Positions 54,156-64,000 of a stretch of 64,000 nucleotides of DNA are shown piece after piece (the stretch's first letter is position 1; each line of letters starts with the position of its first letter). This stretch comes from Trichoplax adhaerens. Its lineage: Eukaryota; Animalia; Placozoa. The DNA lies in the NCBI RefSeq assembly GCF_000150275.1, contig NW_002060958.1, positions 402,374 through 466,373 of the forward strand. The letters run 5' to 3'. The notes beneath the pieces were generated by a model. It had not been told where the DNA came from. It did not search any database and saw only the letters and a list, made by a program, of their open reading frames with translations. A program made the position numbers and the translations under genes.

Positions 54156-57100
54156 ATGGCTTCCTTCTCGGCCAATTTTATGCAACAAAACTACTTAAGG
54201 CCTTCACTATTCGAGTTGGTCGCACAAAATAGTATGACAACTGCTTTAAGGCCTGCTATAAATTATGCATTAAAGGTGAGAGTGTAAAATTGATTTACTG
54301 TAATGCTGGATAATAATAATCCATTTCCACCGACTTGTCTTCGTCTTTTCACCACCATTCGTGTTCGATTCAATCGTTTCCATTCCTTCCCGTCTTGTAA
54401 TCTAATCGGCACTTTCAATGCAATATTGGCCTACAAATTCCTTGCTTTCCTATTTGGACTGATTTTATCTTTTTCATCAGTAGCTCTGTTGAAATAATGA
54501 ATTAGAGAGTTTTACGTATTAGTAATCATACGTTATGGATTGAAAACACGTAGCTGGTAATCGCATAATACCATTGAAGGCACCTTACTGCAGTATTTAC
54601 ATTACAATATCTCACTATCAAACAGCGCAACATCTTGGCTGGTTTTATCCTTTTCATCCATAGTGCTAGTAAAATGTAAATGTAAGCCTTGGTAATGGAT
54701 CAAGATTGAAAATACTTGCCAATGTTATGCTAAACATAAGATTAGTAGATCTTCAATTGCCAATTGTTTCAGCTGGGACATTCAATAGGTATCAGCAAAT
54801 TCGTCTAAGTTACCAGTAGAATAGGCAATATCAAAGAGAAGGTCAATTTTGTTTTAACATTATGACCTACATTAGTTCATAGCACTTTAGTACTGTAGTA
54901 TGCCTGAAAATATCCAAGGTTAGTCTTCTGAAATGGATGGTGTTTAACCAAGTTTATTCTTTTGCAGACAATTTCTCAACATTACCCTCATCTTTGTGGC
55001 TGGCTATGGCGTTACAGTGAAGAAATATACGGCTGCCTCGATCTTGTCTTGCAAATGTATTCGTTGCGCAGATTCGGTATTGAAAAATTTCTTTACCTTT
55101 ATATGGAAAAATGTCTTCTTGTATAATTTTTACAGTCTAATAGTGTACAGCGCAGTAAGCTGCATGACTTAGACTAGCACAAGTTTACTCTTTGAACCGA
55201 GAAAGTGATAGATACCGCAAGACAGCGCTATAACAGTCTCTGTAAATTTGCAGACGCGTACGTTCATATACACTGCACCTTTAGAGATAGAAAATTACCA
55301 TATCGATAATAGCCGTACGAGTTATAATAAGCCAATGTACGATGATACTTTTCAATCTATGTACGCATACATACTTAATGCCTTTATATTATATTATGAT
55401 TACATACTGGTGCTCATCAAATTTCAACTGCATTAATTGGAACCTCGACTGAAAATATCTTACACTTTATTACTACGATATAGAGGCATCGTTTTATGAG
55501 AATTTTTATGGACTAAGAAGATCTGATATTAACGCCAAAAATATGGGACAGTCTCTAAGTACAAAGCATCGATTGTTGTCCCTCTTGTTCTTGGTACACA
55601 GAAATTATTAGTAGTAATATTAATTTTATGCACATTTGTCGTTCAGATTATAAGTATAGTCAACTAATGTGCTTATGTTCAAGTTGTAGCAGTTTAGAAT
55701 TGTTTCTGATGCTTTCTCATTAAATTAATTCTACATGCCATTGACCCTTAGAGGTTCTAGAGGTCCATGGCTAGGCAAATTTATTGCAATTACTGTATAC
55801 TTAGAGTTGGTAATAATGTATCTTGTCTAACCAAATCGAATTAGGTTGGTGTACCTTATATTAAAAACAAATTAGATACCTACTTCAATGAATGGAACGA
55901 TGAAATTACGACAGTGAGTATATTACATAAGGCAAAGGATTTCAGCACCTGTTATTCCTATGTATTAATGATTCTTTTCTCGTTTTTGAACGACTGGCAA
56001 TTTTCTCATATAAAGTTTATTCTAAATTTTATACAATCAGACCAATAATAGTACGTCTCAAAAAATTAAAAATTATTTCTTGGTAGTGTATCCGTACATA
56101 CATTTTATTTCACAAGTAAGTAACATGACTCTGCATAGTATTATCTTGTGTTGTAGTAAGTTCATCAAATTCACAAGTGACATACGTTCTTTTCCCTGTT
56201 ATTACATTATTGTTAAATTATAGACTATTTCCTTAGCCTTCAATTTAATGTATGCTTTCGGAATAGATGACTCATTCTCACCGTTGCTCAAGTTAGCAGG
56301 TAAATACCTCCTTATGGTAATACAAATTATACAGTAATATTAATCAATGACATTGGAGGTTTCGTTGTACTTGCTATAATTTATAGTTTACATAAGAACT
56401 GATCCACATCGAATATTTTTGTACTAAACTATTCTTTCTTTTTCTTAACCCGGTCGGATGACTATATATACTGTATTTACAATAGGCTTACGACTAACCT
56501 TACTTACAAAGGAGGATGTTGTAAGTGACTCATTCTGGAGACAATTAATTCTTCAATTTTATGTTAGAATATTCAAAATTTATAAATTGTATATCTATTT
56601 AGGAATTAATTGAAAATAGAGAAATTAAGAAGCATCTAACAAATAAAACGTTGGATAGTATTACAACAACGATATGCTTTTGCACCTTATTTGCCTTGTT
56701 GATCATTGAAGTATAAATTAATTACCATACGTCGATTTGTTTATGCAGGTTATCCTTATGGGGTAAAACTATGAGGGTTATTAGCACGATATTTTCCTTC
56801 ATTCTGAAAGGCCTTACGAGTAGTTTGCCCGTCCTAGCGTTTTGCCTTAAAATCGTCGAATGGTGGTATTCAGAAGAGAATACAACTCGATCATCATCGA
56901 CATTTGCTGACCTACCTATTCCTCCGCCTCCAGATAAACCAAAAGTATGATTGTAGGATTTCAAATATTTTGAAATTTTACTGTCAATTCGAGCTAATCG
57001 TAAACCAAAAAATCACATTGCGCATAAGTTACCTTAATTAGCACACCTTCATACAAAAGAAGCTGACATTTCAAAATAAAATTTTAGATTCAGTCATTAT

Positions 57101-57493
57101 CTCCTGGTTAATAGAGTGATCAGCTTGTTGGAGAACTTAAAGTAAAAACCTATTTTTATTTTGTATTGCTAATTTGCTATACACAGACAGCTCCAAATGG
57201 AATTAGACCTCCTATTAACACAGCTGAATGTGCGTTATGTAATCAAGGAATAACTAATGCTACTGCCTTATCTACTTCAGGGTAAGTAATAATGTACTTA
57301 TTGAAAGTAAATCGAAGTAACGATATCATTGCTGATCAGCTTTTCTATACTTGTACCAATTTAATCTTTCTGCAGATATGTGTTCTGCTATCCATGCATA
57401 TACCAGTACCTCAAACAGTCCGGAAAATGTCCAATAACCCATCTACCGACCGGAATACAACAATTAGTTAAAATTTATCCAGGCGCTGTGTAA
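54156..57493 (+). CDS. PEX12: Peroxisome assembly protein 12 (RING peroxin)
   Basis: Exon 1 MASFSANFMQQNYLRPSLFELVAQNSMTTALRPAINYALK; ASFYENFYGLRR; VGVPYIKNKLD; KIVEWWYSEE...LPIPPPP; degenerate RING CALC...NATALSTSGYVFCYPCIYQYL...CPIT; stop 57491-57493. Confidence 0.94.
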
Positions 57494-58043
57494 TCTAGTG
57501 GTTTCTAATATATTATAGATTAACAGATACATGTAATCCGTAACATAATTGTAGAGGTTACTATTTTTTCGCAGTCTGGGAAGATCTAATCACATCTACA
57601 AATTATATCTTTGTTGAATTAACGATTTAATGTAAAAAGTTTATGCAAGATCAATACGGTATCGATTATATTATAAATAATTTATTTTATTCAATACATC
57701 AATCTTTCAAAATCGAGAAAAAAGCATTCTTTGCCACTGAGCTAACGCATATCTCTCACCTTCACAATTTTTTATAATGACGCTATAATTTTATGAACTT
57801 TTGATTATTTTATACAACAGAACACATGAACTTTAATTATTTTATACAATGGAACACGTTACAGGATGTCAGTAAAAATAAAATTTATTTAAAAATAGAT
57901 CGCAACACAAATTTATCACGGCTTTTGTAGCTTGTTTCGAAAACCTTTTAAACTTCGTCGGCATTATAGAAATAATGCTGGTTATTAGTGATAAGAATTC
58001 ATTGATTTACATTACAATTCGAGATTTATATTTAAATACAAGT

Positions 58044-61000
58044 TTATGAATGAATAGGGTTTAGTGCCCACTGCATGACGGACGTTGGACAATTAGGATA
58101 TTTCTGCAAGGCTTCTGCAATCTGTGTAGGCTGAACTAGTAATGACATTTGCCAGTATTCTTTCTGCAGACGTTTATGTGGATGATTCGTAGGCTTAATC
58201 AATGCCATATCAATCAAACGTTCGTATGCCTACAAGACGAAATTGGTATTATACATTTTGCTTTCTCGTGCGTACACAGTACTTACTACAGACAAGCTAA
58301 ATAAATTTAAATTCGAATAAATCGAACCTTAAATATCACCGGTTTTGGAAATTTCTCCACTAATTGCGATTTATATAAAATAAATTGCATGTATTCTAAA
58401 AAAAATAGCGAGCAAACTTTAGGATCAGTCTTATTAATTTCCCATTGTTTTAGTTAACCAATATATATATATTCTTATCCACCTTGATATACCATCTCAA
58501 ACGTAAATGTTGTGGTCCTTCTTTTATCTGATAAATGTTTCATGGCAATAATTAGCGACAGTTCCAAGACCGATACGCCTACATTTTGGATATAAAACAA
58601 TATTCTCACTCACTAACTTATCATATACTCATATTAAGATAGTGACTTTAATGCGAGTAAGCATTTATCGATTTTTGAATTGGGCTAGACCTTGCAAAAG
58701 GAGAACCGTGTAATCTTTGACGATATGTTTGCAAGATTTTATTATATCGTCTGGCACAATATTAGGATGACTTTCATGAATCAAACATACTGGAGTAACC
58801 TATAGCAAGAGTAGTTAATGCATCACTTAACGTATGAAAATAATACTGTTTACGAAATTGGTCATCTAATGCTAAGTATTGACAAAAGTTATTGATGGTC
58901 ATCCAAATTTTATCTTACCAATAAATTTTTTAATAAACGTAAGTCTTTACTATAATCAAATAATCTTCGTAAAATATCATTAACGCTGCCATCATTTGCT
59001 AATTTCTATTTGAATAATTATAAGATAATAATACCGTTTGATTAGATAATAAATTATAAGATATGGCATTAACTGACTTTCTAAAGCTAGAAAGATATTA
59101 TGAAAAGAATGAAATCAATGTTCACGTCAAATAATTCTGATCATGGCTTTTAAGACCTCAATATGATTATTCCATGATTTTGTCTGGCTAGGTTTATGGC
59201 CTTTGCCTTCTATTTTGAGTAAAGACCTTGATAAATTAGGGCAAAGAGAATAAATTTACCGGATGATTATTCTGATTTATAGACGAATACAAAAGTAAAT
59301 CTTATAACTATTTGAATACTGCAACATGTTAGGAAAATACCAATCATGTGAGATTGCGGTTTTAATTTACAAGAGAATACAAGAGCAAATTCTGTGATTA
59401 CTTGAACACTGCAACATATTGATCAAACGACGGGGCATATAAGAGGTAAATTTGGCGATGAGAAAATCTTGATTTTACCCTTTTTTCTAGCAATTCCAAC
59501 ACGTCCTGTAATAAAATAAAGACCAAAACTAAATCCATAATTTGCAATTTTTAATTAAGGCAATATTTGTAATTACTAACCAGCCTGCAAGTAACTCCGA
59601 TAACAAGGACCGACACTTTGGCTGATTGACATACTTCAAATAAATTATACAGAAGAGCTTGATTTCGATGTCGGGTGAATAAGTCGAAAACATCTAATAT
59701 AAATATGATCGAGCCTTTTTTTGGATTACCTATTAAAATCAGTTAATTGCGCGCTATCGTCATATGTTACATACATGTATTATTAAAGGGTCTTCTCCAA
59801 ATATTTTTATGCTTAGTTGAACCGGGAATAAAAGTTATCTATTTATCCTTTATAAAAACATTAATAATAATCAGTACTCTACCATTTTTGTAGGACTCTA
59901 AAATATAAGCAAATGTTTCCCCAAATGATTTCTATAAGGAAAAACATAGCTTATTAATTATTGGTTCGTTTATCTACAACGAATACAAGTTCTTCATCCT
60001 ATTCTAAATATCGGCTGAGTTTACGGTGTTATATCGCAGTGTAAATGCATTAGTAATTAGCAGTTTACCAACTTTGAAAGTTTGAACTCACTATAGATCT
60101 ATCTCTGACATCTTCTACTCCTAGCTGTTCACCAATAGAGATTAAAGCAAGCTTGTCATCAACTTGAATCAAGCCTAGTCAAGTCAGATAGATGATTACA
60201 ATAGACGATTAGAGCAAAGTATGCATAACGCAATATAACTAACGCTAATCAACTCAACACTTTTATGATAAAAGTTCCATCGAATTCTTAAATACCTAAT
60301 AGGAAGGTAGGTAAAATAATTACATAATCCGAATTATCCACTATTTACCATTTAAATTTACTTGCGAATATTTGTCAGCTACATCTTCGGTATCTCTTAA
60401 TTTATTGATAGCAGATCGTATTAGCTATTCAAAATATAAAATCGGTACTTTATACTTATTAAAAATATTTGTGATCAGAATAACAATAGACATTTCGACA
60501 TTGAATTAGTAAACAGGCTATATTATGAAAGACTGTTACTGCTGACAGTAGACAATCATTTTATGCTCCACTATCGCTATAAAGAAGGTGAGAAAAGCTA
60601 CCCTAGACCAGGTAAGTTTACGTGCAAATTTGCTATACCATTGTTTTTCCGCTTGCTGGAGGTCCGATAATCAAGATGGAATTGCTTTCACCAAATAGGG
60701 TGCATAGTCGAAGCAATTGCAATAACTTTCTGCAAAAGTAAGCAGCATTATAAGCGTAAAAATGCTTCAGTAAATACTGATATCAACGACCGTTACTATC
60801 ATGTAAACAATCTGCTATTAATTTTACGAAATTTCAATTTAAAACCGTAGTTCTATCCATTTTTAAGCAATGGAATCGCTTGCATTGGCACAAAAAATTG
60901 AGTAGTCAAACTTTGCTGATGTAATGGAGTTTGCAGGTATTCGAGTTCTCCTTACACTTACGTCTCCCTACGACATTCCTCGATAAGACTTTACAAATAT

Positions 61001-61553
61001 TGCGCTTAAATAACAAATACTATACTAAAATTATTGCAACTTAGGAAGAGTTTCAAAACAGGCAGGAGTGATGTGCACTGTAGCATCTAACTATACACAG
61101 CTTCTGCATCGAACTTTTAGACTGGAGCACGGTTCATATACTCGTGCAGTCATTAGTCCATTTCATCAATCACTCTGCAGCCTGTAAAATCATCATCCCT
61201 ATCGTGACAATGTTCATTTTGATGGTTATATAATTAATGAAGCTAGTATCTTGTCGACATTAGTTACAATTGCAACGCACGAGATGATCCAAAATCATCC
61301 TGATGGTATACAATATACCATTACAGTTCAGAAAACATAAGAGAGTTTGTGCAACAATCTGTTCTAGAGATGAGATAGCATAGTGATTCTACTCAGAGTA
61401 AGAATCGAGTAAAAGATCCAGATCGAAATGATACATTGACGTGAACAGTACTTACTCTTGTTCATCCTGCAATCCTATCAATTCTTGATTAAGACAGTCG
61501 TGACATATTTTATTTCTCAATTCTGATTGAATTAATGAATAATTGTAATCCAT
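58044..61553 (-). CDS. ORC4: Origin recognition complex subunit 4
   Basis: Exon 1 61553-61456 ([18 protein letters not shown]...); Walker [18 protein letters not shown]; [16 protein letters not shown]; [24 protein letters not shown]; [15 protein letters not shown]; C-terminus [16 protein letters not shown]; stop 58046-58044. Confidence 0.95.
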
Positions 61554-64000
61554 TTCTTCTGCAATCGCTGCAGCCTTGCTCTTACGCACAACTTCAAGTC
61601 AGCTACCTACTGTATTGCACGTATTATGAGACTCAGTAGCCAAAGGTAATAAGTCTTCCACTTTGTAACTTGTAGTAAATTCTTGCGTTGACTATACCCC
61701 CAACCAACGACTAAACACATTTATTGCAATCACAAGAAGTGAATGCTACGAGTAATCAAATTGCACGCCGATTTTGCAATGGTCTCCTTGACTTCAGCAC
61801 CGTTAATAGCTGGCCTCGATTGTTTCGCTGGAACGGATTGCCCCGATTCGAACCAGCACCCACAGCTGTACACTGTAGAGTACAGTATAAAGTATTGTAT
61901 ATACTGTAGCAACAACGCAAGTACTCAGCGTTCGGCATGCTGCTTATGAGCCTGGCTGGCATTTTTGGACTGTTTGAGTATCGATACTATGAATATATTA
62001 GAGTCCGATTTCTGTTCCTTGTACTGTAGCGACGTAACGCAAACACTGTATTTGTTCGTCGCTAGTCAATGTCATGGTATCGTAAGTCTTGCATGGGAAG
62101 CTATACTGCCGATATGCTTTCTTCTAAGTTAATATGTCACCGATAGGGTAAGGCAGGACATGGCGACCTAAAGGCAATTTTTCCTTCCTATAAGTCTTAA
62201 ATCAAATCCAATTTGATCTTTAATGATTGAGTAAATGATCATTGGAAGGCAACAGAACACTGCTGATGATGATAGACAGAGCAAATTTAAATTCTAACTT
62301 GAAATGGAATGGATAATTGAATTTTGCTGAATCATCATCATCGGTATTAGGTTGCGTTCGGACAAATAATTCGTTCCATAACTTATGGCCAAATTTGAAC
62401 CTTCATTTTAAAAAATGTTACAAGAAATTTCTTGCCTAGATCATTTAGGTTGTTGTCGAGTGAGAAATAAATATATCTGTCATACAGCTACCTCAGCATG
62501 ATCTTCTATGGCAGCCCGTATCTTACCAAGAATAATATGGGATGGATGGGACTATCACCCCAACCTGTAGATCTTATATTTGAATTGAAACTTTAATTTT
62601 CAATTTAAATGCCAAATTTTGGCTTCTGCCCTTGGCGAAGTGAAGTCGGTACAGTCTAAAGCCAATAAACAGTGTCAAAATTTTGAATACTACTGCATAT
62701 AATCATTAGAATATTGTACTAGTAACTTATAACTTATATCAGTCGATTTTAAGTCGTGCTTGATAGGTGGTTTCTATTTTATACCCAATTCAATTTAATT
62801 CAGCTGCTCTTGATAAAGGTGTACGTCGCATAAATTAAATAGCATTGACCGTATAACCACAGTAGAAAAGGTTAATCCTTGATGTTTTCTTATTTACCCA
62901 CTATTTCACAAATCGTATGAGTCTCATTAAATAATTCTTATACCTATGTATGCGTACTCCAGGGATTTTATATTCGATCAATTGAAAAATCGGTTTCATT
63001 AGTTACTGAATATCAAGATGGACTACGATTGTATATTATTCTTCGAAATGGCTGTTATGGTAGCGTAAGTCATGTTTGGTTAGTTATGTCGTGGGTAGGA
63101 ACGAATATTCAAAACACCTTCCCCTATACGAGGATCTACCGATTGCAAAATTCTTACATCAAGCTAAAATAGGCTAAAAATGCAAGAGTGGATTCTCATT
63201 TAAGGTGCTCTATAGCACTACTGAAGATCGTAAAAAAAGTTAAATTTGCCAGTTCAAATCGAAACATGATTTCTCACATTCTCCATCGATATTCTCGCTA
63301 TGAAAGATTATGTCAATAGATTCGCGCAAGTTACATAGTAACAGAGTATGATTAATTAATTATTAGGCAGGCTACCAGGATAGAACATAAGTTAACTTGG
63401 CAGGCTATCTAGGGCTTCTTTTTGGTTTTAATCATGGGTCAATTCATTGAAATATCTATACTATGGCTGTCATGCTCCGTTACATCGACTATATTATTCC
63501 CTAGGGAAAACTGAACAAGAATATATCCTAATTATGACATTGTGATGTTATACTGCTTGTTAGGTGAAACAATACGCTGGCCACTTTGCTTATAAGAACT
63601 ATCACTATACTTGTACTTACTCGTTTAAGTGATTGTTAACCCAGTACTTCCTAATTTCAAGACATCAAGTAATGCCACATTTGGGAAGATTGCCATTGCT
63701 CACTATTTATTGAAGCTCAATTTTACTAATAAATTGTTAAACAAATGCAATCTTCAATTCAATCTGAACAGTACAGAGGAGAAAAAAAAATCGTTGTTGT
63801 AACGGAGCTATTCGTTATCGAGTTAAAGCGATTTGGTAGTGAACATACTCTTTTCTTATTTTTAGACTAGCTTACACGAGCCTACAATTTTTAAAAACTG
63901 TCATAAAGCAGATTTTGATCTTTATTCAGTTTGACTAACTTTATTGTGAGTTGTAGCAGTAGAAAAGAATAAGATATAATTGACCTTATAACAAGAATTA

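Noticed and set aside
56722-56964. 80-aa minus-strand ORF with a Gly run
   Set aside because: Antisense shadow of the PEX12 exon encoding WWYSEE...LPIPPPP.
61800-61870. tRNA or tRNA-derived SINE suggested by GGTTCGAATC (B-box-like) on the minus strand
   Set aside because: I could not build a T-stem, acceptor stem or cloverleaf around it; it is at most an isolated B-box-like word upstream of ORC4.
62000-64000. Coding exons of a further gene
   Set aside because: Only short frames with no recognisable protein or consistent splice phases; left unannotated.

Overview
AT-rich eukaryotic (animal) genomic DNA with compact genes and short GT-AG introns. The style suggests an early-branching metazoan such as a placozoan, but this is inference only. 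The left part (about 0.9-26 kb) is a minus-strand tandem array of four paralogous genes plus one pseudogene fragment. The ORF track shows them as four 'small ORF + large ORF' pairs, but each pair splices in frame through one conserved phase-2 intron into a single 868-958 aa protein. These proteins have a signal peptide, an 8-10 Cys glycosylated ectodomain, about 8-10 TM helices, and a large loop with invariant PxHxIxDG and QCxxGCxxCP motifs. I cannot assign them to a family I recognise, and they are the best candidate here for an undescribed receptor/channel system. The right part holds multi-exon conserved genes: GTPBP4/NOG1 (-), an activin type II receptor (-), a CDK2-like kinase with a PSTTLRE helix (+), DTD1 (-), PEX12 (+) and ORC4 (-). 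Also present are a 4x67-bp CCAAT-containing minisatellite upstream of NOG1 and (TACAG/CTGTA)n palindromic tracts concentrated at gene 5' ends.
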